Assembly: GCA_050230475.1 (NCBI GenBank)
Contig: JBFLGF010000223.1
Location: forward strand, 1-64,000
DNA: 64,000 nt
Direction: 5' to 3'
Source of the DNA: Ancylonema sp.
Lineage: Eukaryota
Part shown: in pieces, positions 40,873-53,868 of the stretch
How the letters are laid out: each line of letters starts with the position of its first letter
Position numbering within the stretch: the stretch's first letter is position 1
Translations under genes and position numbers: made by a program
Notes under the pieces: generated by a model
Databases searched by the model: none
The model's input: only the letters and a program-made list of their open reading frames with translations
Told to the model about the DNA's origin: nothing

Positions 40873-43800
40873 ATGGCCATAAAATTTTTATCCCAGCCAG
40901 TGACTTCCTTCCGAGACTGCGCTTCGCGACCCGCTCGTATACAGAGTTTGACATGCTGCTGGCACGTGGCTCCAATTCAACTTCTTAATCCCAAAGGATT
41001 ACATTCGAAGCGCACCGTCATCTCCAGGACTCCGTGCAGGCGGCGCACGGCGCCTTGTACAGCGCAAACAATGGACACATCGCCACGGGTGGCTGCGCCC
41101 ACGAATGCCACAGGAAAGGGGACTCCCGCGGTATCTTCTGCCGTAATCGTCGGCGGTGGCATCGGCGGACTGATTCTGGCCATCGCCCTTCGCCAGATTG
41201 GTGTTGATGCACAGGTGACAGGGTTTTTTTTCCTTACTGGTACTCATTTCAATGGCTATGTGAAAGGGAGCAGAAGGTTTTCTCCCTTTCATCCCTGCTG
41301 TCATGCTGGTCATCAGTGGTTGGAGGATGAGTTATTTTATCATGCTATTTGGAACCCGTGAAGGTTGCGAAATCATCCGCGAATGCATTGCTCTCATGAT
41401 AAACGAAAAGAATAAATTATACTTTTGTTTGCAGCATACACTTTGGTCAATCCAATTATGTTTTGGTTATGCTCACTACACATCACCAAAACGGCGCCAA
41501 AACGGCGCCAAACATCAACGCCATCAACGATGAGCTGGACTGCCTCGCAAAATCCTTTCTGACTCGCTCATTTCGCTTCCTGCCATCGAAGGTCTACGAC
41601 AGAGAAGAGGCTGGTGACGTGACAGGTGGCACTCTCATCTCGCTCGCACCGAATGGTCTCAAGGCATTGGCTGCTATCGACAGCCGCATCCCTGGCAGGG
41701 TCAGTGGGACCCACAACACTTCCCACACAAGTACACATTTCAGAGTCACCAAACCCCACTGTCAAGAACCATTTATTTTTGTGTGGGTTAAGTAAGGTGG
41801 GTACCATCATCTTTTATGACATCTATGCTGCACTCTGTATTCTTCCAGAGCAGTCTGGGCTTCGGATATATACTGATGCATCGGAACTCATTGCATTGTG
41901 ATATCATAATGGTGTGGGGACTCTTAGAATCGATACCCGTGTATCACCCTCATTCCGCTCCAGATCATAGAAAACGGAGCCCCTCTCAAGGAGACCAAAG
42001 TGCGTAACCGGGAGGGTGTCCTCATGACTTCCGTCATTTCCGACTCTGCGCAACACGGTTACCCCACCGTATGCATCCGATGGTCCGAAATCCTCCGAAC
42101 CTTCCGCGAATTCCTCCCCCAGACCTGCCTACACAGCGGGTACACGTTCACAGGCCAAATGAGTCAGGTACGGGGAGCGGGTATCCGGGTACACTTCGGG
42201 TATCCGGGGGGGGGAGTCAATGCCACCTGAGAATGGTGACAGGGATAGAGGTCATTTCTAACCCTAAACATTCTATCAGGTTCTATCATGTGTGGGGGGA
42301 TGAGATGGGCGGGTAGAGCAAGTTTAGGAAGGTAGGTTGCCTAAAAATAAATCATGCTGAGGGGAGGTTGGGGAGGGGTTAGCAATAAAATCTCTACCCT
42401 CTTTGTTAGGTAAAGCACTGTTGTCAGATGTTTGGCTTCTGTTGCAGTCACCTGGCAGGTGGCGGCACCAGAGGCTTCAGGTCATTCTTACGGTTGATCT
42501 GAGAGCTTGCACTCAACCCTTATCCCCGTGCGCAGGAGGGCGATGAGGTGACAGTGGTGTTTGAAAAGGAGGGGAGAGAAGTAATTGTGAAGGTAAGAGA
42601 GAGAGAGAAGCAGTTGTGGGTAAGGGGGTTGGGGGCGGGTGGGGGTGGAAGGGGTTGGTGGGATGGAGTCTTGGAAGCACTCTCACATGTCTCTCACATA
42701 TTACCTTTCCTTTGGTGCCTTCCGAAAATACTCTAATCACAAAGCGGCTACTACGTGCCATATGCCCCTTTCTCTCTCTGAACTCATCAGCCTATAGAAA
42801 GAAAGCAGCTTCTGTACCTGAGCTGCCCTCCCCATAGCCTCTGTAAAGATTCCTTAGGGTCAGTGGGAGGCTCAGATCCGACAATCACATCGGATATCTT
42901 GCATTATTGAAGCTGACTTGTGAAAGAAAAAAAAAAGTTTTCGGGAATCAGAACCTGAGACTGAGAGAACCTGAGAGAACCTCAAATTGTCCATAAAATA
43001 TAGTAAGGTATGGAGGTATCAAAATATATAAATATATGTAAATATATACAAATGTAAATATGAAAATATGAAAATATGAAAATATGAAAATATGAAAATA
43101 TGAAAATACAAAAGAAAGATATCGTTTTGTCACCTCTTCCTTTTTCCAGACTCCGCTTTTGGTCGGTTCCGATGGAATCTATTCCCAAGTTCGAGTGCAC
43201 GTGATTGGCCAAAAAGTACCCCCCCGAGACATGGAGCGAATCGCGTGGCGGGCTGTAGTCCCGAAGTCGTTCTGTTCACACGAGGTGAGGGTTTGGAACA
43301 TGAAATTGTTCTTCTTTTCTTGTGCTCTCTCCTGCTTCTCTGCTTGTTTGCAGCAAAACGTCGATTTTTGTTCTAGTTTGGGACGGAAAGAGGGGGAAAG
43401 AGAAGAGCAGCCAGAAGTTGTTCTCAACATTGGTGTTGAGAAACATTCACGAAATTTATTTTTACACATTGTTTGTGTCTGCGGAGGCATATGGAAGGCT
43501 TCCCATCATGTGTCCAAAGACGACGATTTCTTAGCTGTCGAAAACTAAGAACACTTCATTCACTCTACAATAGTTGCGAATTCTTTTTGCGTCTTTTGTG
43601 AACCGATTGCGAAACCCGAAGCCAGAATTTAGATCCAGAATTCCAGAATCCAAAACCCGATACGCACAGTGTTATCGGATCCGTCTCGATGCCGAATCCG
43701 TTTCCGACTCCGAATCCGATACTCGTTTGCAGTTCATGGAGCCAGGTGTTGTCACCATAGCCTTCTCCCACGGCCGCACCTTCTTCTCCGCAGACCCCGG

Positions 43801-45154
43801 CCACGGCTCCGCCTACGTCTGCATCACTTGCACTGACGAGGCCAGCGGGGGGGCGACACGTAAGCGCTCCACCACCGCTGACGAGGCGAAGAGGCGGATG
43901 GTGGAGCAGATGGAGGACTGGACAGAGTACCTCCCAATCATCAGAGTGAGGGCAGTCCGATGCCAGCTGGCAATAGGTGGTCGGATGGATGGGCATCATG
44001 ACGACCCTTGTGGGACAAGAATGTGCAAAGGGAGGGGAGGAGGGAATGCCTTTACCTCCTGACCTCTGTTGTTTTCTCCTGGGGTGGGGCTAGGCCCTAG
44101 ATGCCGACTCGATCGTGGAGCGGCGGATTTTGGACCTGCCTCCACTTGACACGTGGCGGAGGGGGAGGGTTGTCATTATTGGCGGTGAGGCAGCTGGGGG
44201 AGGGGGCGGAGACCCCCATCCCAAATTCAACACTCCATTTTGTGGTTAGGGTTCAGGGGTAGTAGAACGGAGTTTTAGGAATTAGGGTTTCGCGAGTAAC
44301 ATGTAGATCTAGTCGATGGAATTGGGCCGGAAATGCGAGAGCGATTTGGCATAGGATTTGGCGGGGTGACGCGGTGCTGACGTGGCATTGATTGGGTGGT
44401 GACGTGTCAGATGCCGCCCATGCCATGCCCCCCGCCATTGGTCAGGGTGCCAACTCAGCCATAGAAGACAGTCTGGAATTGGCGCGGCAACTTGCAAAGG
44501 CCGCATCTGCAGAGTAAGCATTCATGTGGGGCAGTGTGAATGGGATACATGAAAATGGGGTGTCTCAAGGCTTGAGGGTCTACATTTTTCCTCCGATCAT
44601 CTTGAGGTGGGGATTATTTTTACGTTTTTTTTGGGGGGCTTTTTTATGGACCAAGAGGTTGATGGAAGCATGATAGATGGAATGGATGGCGACGGATGGG
44701 GATAATAAATCAAGGGAAAAGGAAAAGGGCATAGGGCATATGGCATAGGGCATAGGGCATAGGGCATAGGGCATAGGGCATAGGGTATGATGGAAAGGGG
44801 ATAGGGACAAGAAAATGCAAAACATATTTTTTGGGCCCCTTGATAGAAAATTGTAGATGGAACTCGTGTACTGATATCAACATTTCATTTTCGTTTTATT
44901 TTCATGGCAGAGAAGCATTGGATGCATTTGAGAAGTTGCAAATGCCACGTCTAGCGTCTATCGTGGAAAAAAACGACATGATGTTGTCGATAGTATATCG
45001 CAAACCTGAGTCAACCGATGCGGTTGAAGGGAGTGAAAACACTCCTCCCGCTACAAGTCGTGGACCTAAAGGTCCGATCACTAGCATGGCCGATGTTCCG
45101 TTTGATGTGATTTACGACTACGAGCGACTGAGAGAACCTCTCGTAAGTCATTAA
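40873..45154 (+). CDS. FAD-dependent monooxygenase (FAD_binding_3; salicylate hydroxylase/zeaxanthin epoxidase-like fold), probably organelle-targeted. Exons 40873-41214, 41592-41699, 41964-42167, 42536-42592, 43150-43284, 43733-43945, 44094-44184, 44411-44513, 44911-45154
   Basis: All three class A flavoprotein fingerprints: VIVGGGIGGL, LVGSDGIYSQVR and RVVIIGDAAHAMPPAIGQGANSAIED. GT-AG introns are phase-compatible. Confidence 0.9.
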
Positions 45155-47973
45155 GGCAGTTGTTAGAGAAAGCGAATGAAGAGGTGCGACCACCGCTAGC
45201 TAGGTGCGGTGGAAGGATAGAGGAGGGGTCTCGGACTGGATATGCGCGCGAGCTGCATTGTATCGAAGAAGGATGACTTTCTGGGCCTTGGCAATTTTTC
45301 GATACCTCACAATCTATGAACTGTAGAGATTACTCAGAATTATGAAATTGTCTTCATGGGACCCTACCGTGAGATGCGACTGACTCTTATTCTGAGGTTA
45401 TAAGCGATTTAGAGCATCTAAAAATAGTATGGAAGTGGTATTGGGCAGAGGTGCGTGAGGAAGAACAATGATATTCTTGCGAGCTCATTAACGTCGAGTT
45501 TGCATGAACGTTTTTTTTTTGCATCTTTGTTAAGAATGGGCGAATTGAAGAGGTGTTATTGCCAAACCAAATTATTTGGTTTGGACATTGGTCATCCTCG
45601 TGGTCAACAACTCTGGTTGATAGTGTGCATGGTGTTAAAATCGTTTTTGTCCCCCCATGTCTCGAATAAGTGTAGCAAGACCAATTTCGCACACATGTTA
45701 TTGAGAAAGGTCTCGATACTATCATTGCTTTATTGTCTTTTGTCGTGCTTATTGTGAGTATCCCTTCAGAATTTTGGATTATTGATAGCTATCTAGGCAT
45801 ATGCGGCCGAGGATTGGTTTGGGATAATGTTATAAAAGCGACCGCTACAATGTTAAACCAGTTTCGAATGCATGTAAAGAATAATAATAAGAGGCTAATT
45901 CGACAATGTTTTGGCCTCATTTCGGATATCTAGTCGAGTCCACATGGCGAGACACTCACGATCCATGACAGGATAATATTTGATTTTGAATCTGATTTTC
46001 TACCATGCAATCATTCATGCTTGTCAATCACATACATTGGTCGACTTTCACTTGTCTCTTAAATTTATATTATGGTGACCTATTACGTCGACAAGTGAAT
46101 GATGTGGAACAATGGAAAAACTTTATTTAGTAACAAGTCATCATGGTATCTCGATATTTGAAATGTGTACCACGCTCCACTCAAAATTGATAATGGCGAC
46201 GGTATGATGACATGTGATCGCGTAAATATGGTGTCTCACGCGCCTTGTTGACTCTCGACCACTTAACGAAGTCTCTTTGTCGACTCGCTTAAATTAAACA
46301 CCCGCTTTGTGCACCCCATTTTCTGCGCAACAAATCATTACCCAATTTATGGTAAAATTCATGCAGAATGAATGCATAATGGCACACTTCAATTGCGTGA
46401 CAAATTTATTATGCTAATTATTTTCAATTCAAATCATATTCAGCGCAACTCTAAGCGCAAACAACAAATTGTTTGTATATGAGAGGAGTCGACAATCAAG
46501 ATCCAAGAGATCGCGTCAAACATTGACAAATGCATCTATTGTTCGATTGATGGATAAAGAATGTGGCAAACTATGAACGGGAACCGCTAACATGATAGCC
46601 ATGATAGCAGGGAGTGTGAATACCAAAGACAAAATCGCCCCAAAATGAGGCGTACGCGCATGAATCGCTCGAGCCTGGGCACGCTGAAGTGTAATCGCAA
46701 TACGCTGCCAACACCAATTGCCGAGGACGCTAGTAAAGGGAGATGCTCCTCCGTGCTCGGGAAATGCTCGCCGAGCGCAATTGCGCAGGAATTCATCCGT
46801 TTGAGACTACAACGAAGCGTATGTCTCGGTGGCAGCAGGAAAATAATAATGCTATAGCGTATTTCTGAGAAACGGATTTTAATCATTTCTTTTATTTTCC
46901 TCTAGATCATTATCTTTGGACGGTACGATACTCACATGCAAATGGCAATCAATCAATCAATGATCATGACAAATGCAAAAACACACATTCGCATCTCACA
47001 CTGCAAAAGACACAAAAGTTGCCAATTTGACTATTAGGTCAGAAATCTAAAACTGAGAATTACACTAGTTTGGCTTGCACATTTTTTGCCACATTACAAC
47101 TATCGTGGACTTTGCCTAAATGCTGGACAAGATACCAAAAAAAAAATCTACATGCTCCAATGTGCCCCATCGATACCAGACACCCAAGACTAGCCGCCAC
47201 AAATCCAAGTGAACATTGACCGACTTCTCAATTATTATCATGTTTGTAGTAAGCTTTCGTGTTTTTTTCACGCGAGTATTTGTGGGTCTTCTCTTTTAAA
47301 GGACAATTGTGCCTGAACATATAGTGTGCCATGTGTGATACAAATATCTTGACACAAGCATTGATTTTTTGTTCTAGCTTGTGTTAGACACACTCCAATG
47401 GTTCTTGACCCCGGATTTGTGATATGTTGTTGTTGTTTTACCGATGTCCGCTCCATGAAGTGGACGGAACTATATGGTAACGTTCTAAACGTGCGTAAAT
47501 CTCTTTTGTATAATCGTTTGGTTTGTTGGCATTAGTTCACTCGCATCGAACACTTTTTCATTGTAACAAGATATGAATCCCGTCGTTCCGTTATAGTAAA
47601 TGTGTGCTTCTTCTCCAATAGCATTATGGATGTACTAGCAGACTCCGACACCCCCAAGTCGGAGGGGCCCATCACAAGTTGACGTGCGTTGTTTTGCCGA
47701 AGCGACAGTGAGAAAATACATATTTGCCTGGCTGAAAGGTCAACAGCCAATTATGAAAACCGGCAAATGGTCTCGACTTCCGTTTCCTCCCTAGATTTTA
47801 TAGAATTGGTACTCTACTAACGACGCGAGGAGTAGTTTTGTTGTTTTCTCACCTGCCAAATGTATCGTCGGCTTGCGCTACTAATTCCAGAAAGCACCAC
47901 GATTGGTTGATTTGTCCCTGCTGTCATTCGCGCTTGCGAAACAAAGCTGCCCGCGATCTACGGGAACAAGAAA

Positions 47974-49932
47974 ATGGGACGGTCCAAGTTGCTCCAACTT
48001 CTTGGGAACTTTGTAGTGGCAATTCACGGAATACGAGGATGGATGTCAGCTCGTGCTGCGATGTCAGCTGAGGGAGGACTAGGATGGAAGATGGGGGACC
48101 TTTCGGAGGATGACACGGAGTCCACACCTCTTCCGCCCTCCCCGCCACCGTCTCCGACTGATCAGGCCAATTTTTTGTCATGGCCCGCCCCTCTTCTTCA
48201 GCACATGGAAGCTCGAGATCCACCGATGGATACAGGCGGTGTCGAGACGGAGGGACCAAATTTACTCCATCTCGCAGGATCAGAGATTTCTATGGAAGGC
48301 GGCATATTGGAACCGCCTCAGTCGCATGTCGTGGAGATGGTAGAATCAGAACTTTCCATTCCCACGCGAGCCCTTGCCCCTTCCCTGCAACGTCAGACTG
48401 CACCAAAAAACACGCGGGCCGCTTCCGCAGGAGGAGGGGCCAAGGTGGGAGTCGATGCGAAGGAGCCTGCGAGCAGCAAAGATCGTCACTCGAAAGTGCA
48501 GACAATGAGAGGAATGAGGGACCGTCGTATGCGACTCTCTGTGCCAGCTGCACAGAAATTTTACGACATACAAGATCGCCTGAATGCTGACCATCCTTCT
48601 GTAGCCATCGAGTGGCTGATAGCCAACGCGAGGCATGCCATTGATAACCTCCCACAATTCCAACCACCCGAGGGAGCAAGCCTGCTACCTTCTTCCCAGT
48701 ATGCCACTGTCAGGCGAGCCGGCGCCGCAGCATATCCACCTGTTATTCCGGTCCCAGTTGCGACTCTTACGCCGCCGCCTCAGAGCACGGATTTTCTCAG
48801 TGGACGAGGGCAGCCCCGGGAGGAGGGGGTTGCGAGCCGGTCGGAAAGACGAAAGGAGACTGAGAGACACAAGGGGCAAGAGAGCCCTTGCAAGGCAGAG
48901 GAAGAAGCTCATTGGTCTTTGCAGATGGGGACCGCAAGTGGTGCAGAGGGTGGGGACCAGCCGAGTCTTGGGGGAGCAAGAAGGTCATCTGGGGAGGGTA
49001 GTGCGCCAGGAGTGGGACCCACAGATGTATACTCCGATGACATTGAAGACTCTTGGCATGCTGAGCGCGCGCGCTCTCGGACTGATGCAGAGGTTTATGA
49101 GAAGTCGCGTGCAGGGATCTACGAAGGCTCCCATTGGTCCATGCCCGGCCACGACGATTCTTACCAAGCAAGCAGACACCGCCACCTCACCCCCCTCCAT
49201 CCCGACCCACACCGCCCCGCAAGAGGGTCCCCTTATGACCATCCCCCGGGCTGGCCCCCCTACAGCAGCCACCCGCCTCCAGACCTCCTTTACCGGGAAC
49301 ACCCTTCCCCTACCCCCTCTCTCCACCCCTCCTCCAACCCCAACCTTCCTCACGAGAGCGCTGGTCGCCATGCTCCCCTGCCTTACCCCCATCCCCCCCC
49401 CTCTGTTCCCAACCAGGAGTACCACAGACGCCAGCCCTACGCACCCCCCCGCCCGACTATTCCTCTCCCCATCCCCCATACCAAGAAATCACGTTCCCAA
49501 TCACCATGTCATCGCAGCCGAAGTCCCCTGCCCCTCTTCCCCATCCAACCCGCCTGCCCACCCTCCCCAGGCTCGGTTTCCCACCACGCCCCCCCCTGCC
49601 CCTCCCCCTACACGCATTATGAACCCGACCCCCCTGAATGGAAGGCATCTAGGAATCCTATTGGGCCAATGGGAGACGAGCACGGCGCAGGGGCGTATGG
49701 GGCGCCTGTGAGAGCAGCCTCTCTTTTCACTCGTCCTTCCCGCTACTCCCCCGACCGCCACTACAGTCACGAGGAGATCTTGGCAATGCTGTCGGACACA
49801 ACCGCCACTCGCTTCCCTGCCGGGGGTTCTGCAGGAGCCAGATCTGCATCGGCGGGGGAGGCGGGGGGGGAGAGGGAGGAAAGGAGGAAGAAGGGGGGAT
49901 CCAGCGGCCAAAAGCGACGGGGTTTGGGCTGA
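47974..49932 (+). CDS. TCP: Intronless class II (CIN-like) TCP transcription factor; TCP domain ~48478-48651; true start may be a downstream ATG
   Basis: [55 protein letters not shown] keeps the 4-aa basic-region insertion of class II TCPs. Uninterrupted 652-aa ORF with a His/Pro-rich C-terminus. Confidence 0.9.
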   Translation: MGRSKLLQLLGNFVVAIHGIRGWMSARAAMSAEGGLGWKMGDLSEDDTESTPLPPSPPPSPTDQANFLSWPAPLLQHMEARDPPMDTGGVETEGPNLLHLAGSEISMEGGILEPPQSHVVEMVESELSIPTRALAPSLQRQTAPKNTRAASAGGGAKVGVDAKEPASSKDRHSKVQTMRGMRDRRMRLSVPAAQKFYDIQDRLNADHPSVAIEWLIANARHAIDNLPQFQPPEGASLLPSSQYATVRRAGAAAYPPVIPVPVATLTPPPQSTDFLSGRGQPREEGVASRSERRKETERHKGQESPCKAEEEAHWSLQMGTASGAEGGDQPSLGGARRSSGEGSAPGVGPTDVYSDDIEDSWHAERARSRTDAEVYEKSRAGIYEGSHWSMPGHDDSYQASRHRHLTPLHPDPHRPARGSPYDHPPGWPPYSSHPPPDLLYREHPSPTPSLHPSSNPNLPHESAGRHAPLPYPHPPPSVPNQEYHRRQPYAPPRPTIPLPIPHTKKSRSQSPCHRSRSPLPLFPIQPACPPSPGSVSHHAPPCPSPYTHYEPDPPEWKASRNPIGPMGDEHGAGAYGAPVRAASLFTRPSRYSPDRHYSHEEILAMLSDTTATRFPAGGSAGARSASAGEAGGEREERRKKGGSSGQKRRGLG

Positions 49933-52666
49933 TGGGTATCTCAAACTGGGGGCAATGGAGTTTTCTACGGGTTTGATATATGGAGCAATTAGGCGAACTT
50001 CTTTCTGGGAACTATTTGGACAGGATTTGTTCTTCAACTCAATCGTTTTGATTGGCTTGTGGGCGCTGCCTGTGATCTCTGCCTTCTAGGCTGGTTGACT
50101 TCGGGTTGAGCATTCGTATTGTCCACACACGGTTATGAGTCACTGCAAACGGGATATCCAACCAGTCACACTCTCCCGCTCTTTATAGGCAACCACATCG
50201 CGGCTGTGGCAGTGGTTGGCGGAAACCTCTCGCTATCCCCCTCTGTCCGCCAATCCATGAAGAGTATGCAGCTGGCATCTGGAATGCTCCGGCTGGACAT
50301 GTTTTTCCCACGTGTATTCGTTTTGCACCCATTTCTGATAGCATGAAGTGTAGATATTGTATGAGATAGGGTACTAGTACAGATGGCAAGCAGACCCCGA
50401 GCACTACTTTCGTGTAATGTGCATGTGTATAGATGAGTTCGGTTCGTATCCGATTCGATGTTTCACTTGATCGTTGTATATTGTAGAGTAGAGTTGACAA
50501 CCTAATTCGGGTAATGGCCACTCACACTGTTGCCGAACGGATACGTGAGAATACATATTAACGACGTGTGGAGTGAAATTGTGCATATTATAGGTGTATA
50601 TACGGAGGGTGAGCCATGTGCATCTTAAGGATGTTAGGAATAGAGACCCTTGTGGCGAAAATGCGCCGATATTGTTCACTATGATCGGGTCGAGAGTTTT
50701 CCCTATCGAAGGCTATAAGCCAAGATATGATCTTTAGAGGTTGAAGGACGGGTATCAAAGGAATGTTGCACTCTATCATCATTTAAATGCAAGGCCGAAA
50801 ATGAGCAAATATTGGAGGTTGATGGTGTTTGTGAAGTTTACCGAATTGTATTTCGTGTCATTTTATTGAGTCGATACAATAATGTCATCATGCTCTTGTG
50901 CCTTGGTTTTTTGAGTGTCTCTTGCTACCTCAGAAGGTCGGTCATGAAGATATCGTTAGGCCTTATTTGGTCATGAAAAAAATGGTATTTATTTTTGTTT
51001 TGGTGAAGATATGGCGAAACGACACGTAAATCAGGGTCGGCAATAGTCGGTGCAAAGCGCCAACTTGAAAGTGCTAATATCGTAGGCGCACGAAACCACG
51101 ATATTGTAAATTAATGTGATTGGTCAATGTAGACGTTCGCACATCAGATTGAGTTGAGATTGTTCGGGTACCGTATAGTACACAATCCGACACTTGTTGT
51201 TGATGTGTTTTATTGGTGTAAGGATGTCAAGATTCTACGTCATCGCACCAAGCACGGAATAATTGTGCGCCACGAAGATATTCGACATTTTGGCATATTT
51301 GACGATTTTGCGGTGTCAACAAGCCCATGTGACTTGCATTTGACTATTAGAAGTAGGATTGGGCAATCCACCCACCCGCCCACCCGCCCACCTGGGAACG
51401 GCCACCCGCTCTCCGAATTAGGCGGGATTTTGCGGGTGCAGGGGGTCCACCCGCGGGCGGGGGGAGGGCGAACGCGGCTAGGGGAGGGCCCACCCGCAGG
51501 CGGGCAGATGGGAATCGGTTGGATAGGGTACAAAATATGGTCGTCTCGCATCGGTAGTAAAGCAAATATTCGTTGCAATGACCCCTTCGGAAATCAGATT
51601 TCAATTTTCTATAACGTGTATTTGTCGGTGACGTTATTATTCACTATTAAACCAAAAGTGTGCCTATAACGAGTATTTACTGTACATCATCGTCGCCATT
51701 TCTTTTTGTTTGTACGCCAATGGACGAAAAGTCAAAATAGTAAAAAATGCATGAAAAAAATAATTGAGCGACATCTGCAAGCTCTAGTAGCTCTTCTGAA
51801 GCCATGGACACATCACTTAAACATACAAGTCATAGGCAACAAAACCCCGGGTCCTGATTGTTTGCCTGTACCATGCGTATAACCACATGATACGCCGTAC
51901 GTATCAATTCAATATAGGCACAGATTCGCCCTTAATATGGTGTGCCTTCAACGAACACGACGAGCAAGCACACGGCAATTAGTTTCCCATAACGTGGGAT
52001 GACTGTGCCTATAAACTACTATAATGCATGCATGGAGGCTGCGTATGCAGTGTGGCGACTCGGACAGTCAAACGAGCACGCTCCCAGAGTCGCCAATGCA
52101 GCCGCGTGTGTACAGACAACCCCCCGCCAAAGTGGCTTTCCACGTGGCATCAACTTGCCAGTCTGTCTGTTCTCCCAGTCGCTGCCCATTCCACGACGGA
52201 GATGACTCTGACGGGACGCAGGTAAATAACTGCTACGCACTCCAATCGGCGCACATCGCCGTAAAAATAGGGCGCGCAGCAAGCGCTCCAGTTGTGAATG
52301 CATACTGCATCCCAGCGTGTACCCCACGTGACTGTGTGAAGCCAAGTGCTGGAGCGGGCGATTGCTGTTAACGTTCTGCCGTCTGCCCAATCGGACACCA
52401 TGGACACCAGGTACAGAATTGGCACACCAAGTATCGAGTTCATGCTTCGTCGCAGGACGTACTCGCTAACGCTGTGTCAGAACCTCTCCTTGCCGTGGAT
52501 AACCCGCAACCGCCTGCCTCTGTACAAATTGTGAGAGCCAAGGTCGCCATAGCTGTCCAGAGGGTGCTTTAAGGTGGATTAAAGAATAAGTGGCCATTGA
52601 GTATAGTGAAGGCACACACCTCATTATTCAGGGAAAGCAAAGAAGCGCACGCAAACATAAACACAT

Positions 52667-52667
<1 letters not shown>

Positions 52668-52716
<49 letters not shown>
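52668..52716. repeat. (CA)n microsatellite
   Basis: Read directly. Confidence 0.95.
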
Positions 52717-52719
<3 letters not shown>

Positions 52720-53625
52720 TTTGAGCATCGAGTCGGTGTATTCATACAGGTGAGCTGCTATTTCCTTGATTTAAATTCTCCGATGCAGCATTGTAAGGGC
52801 TGTCACTCATCGAATGCATGGTGGATGGATATGCTGACACGTAATGGTGGTCACCAGGAGTGGAATCCGCTGATCTGCCTGACATGAATCCTGAATCAAG
52901 AATGACTTTCGAGATTTCTGGTGTCTTTCCTGTCTCATTCTTCAGCAGACCCTTCACTAGAGGCACTCACTCACTCCTCTCTGCATGTGTGCTGATCAAC
53001 CAGAGAAATATCTGTCCCCTGAACAATAAGTATATACAATAAGTGTGTATCACAACTAAGAGAGCAAGCATGGTATTCATTCTGGATTCTCTCTGCATCT
53101 TCATCCAGGTCGAAATACCATGTCGCGTATAACAATGCCCAGGCTCGCCTTGGCCGTGTGTCTTATGGCGAGCGCCATCAGTCTGCTACCTCAGGCAACG
53201 GCTGGCGTGACAGCTGGCGTGGCTGCTTTCCCTCCAGAGCCACCTACAGCCACCCTCGAAGAGCAGCTGGCAGAAAGTGAGTCACTCACATCGATGCAAT
53301 GCATTCGCTATGCGGCAGACTGAACTCGGAGCACAATTTTCGCACAATTTTTGGTCGGTTGGTTGGTTGGTGTTTTTTTGCCATTTGAGAGCCTGAGGAT
53401 GTATGGATGTGCACTTGAGACTCATTTCAGAACACGTTTTTGGCCATCTGCTGCCCTAGCAGCTGTGTCGCTGTCTGCTCTCCCCCACAGAGCTCATAGC
53501 ACACAGCCCACACTAGATCGCTTCCCCACACAATCCAGTGTGTATCGATTCCTTGATCCTGAAAAGCCACACTTTGATTCAGAGCCAGGTGTTGATGAGC
53601 AGAATGAATGAATGACACCAACCGT

Positions 53626-53868
53626 TTCTGAGATTCTGAGATTCTGAGATTCTGAGATTCTGAGATTCTGAGATTCTGAGATTCTGAGATTCTGAGATCC
53701 TGAGATCCTGAGATTCTGAGATTCTGAGATTCTGAGATTCTGAGATTCTGAGATTCTGAGATTCTGAGATTCTGAGATCCTGAGATCCTGAGATTCTGAG
53801 ATTCTGAGATCCTGAGATTCTGAGATTCTGAGATCCTGAGATTCTGAGGTTCTGAGGTTCTGAGGTTC
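53626..53868. repeat. 8-bp minisatellite (CTGAGATT)n in RLK intron 1
   Basis: About 30 copies with CTGAGATC and CTGAGGTT variants. Confidence 0.95.

Noticed and set aside
40873..45154. Calling the monooxygenase zeaxanthin epoxidase (ZEP/ABA1)
   Set aside because: No FHA domain or ZEP-specific motifs; only the general FAD monooxygenase family is supported.
48635..49711. 358-aa overlapping ORF inside the TCP gene
   Set aside because: Alternative frame of GC-rich low-complexity coding sequence; no domain recognised.
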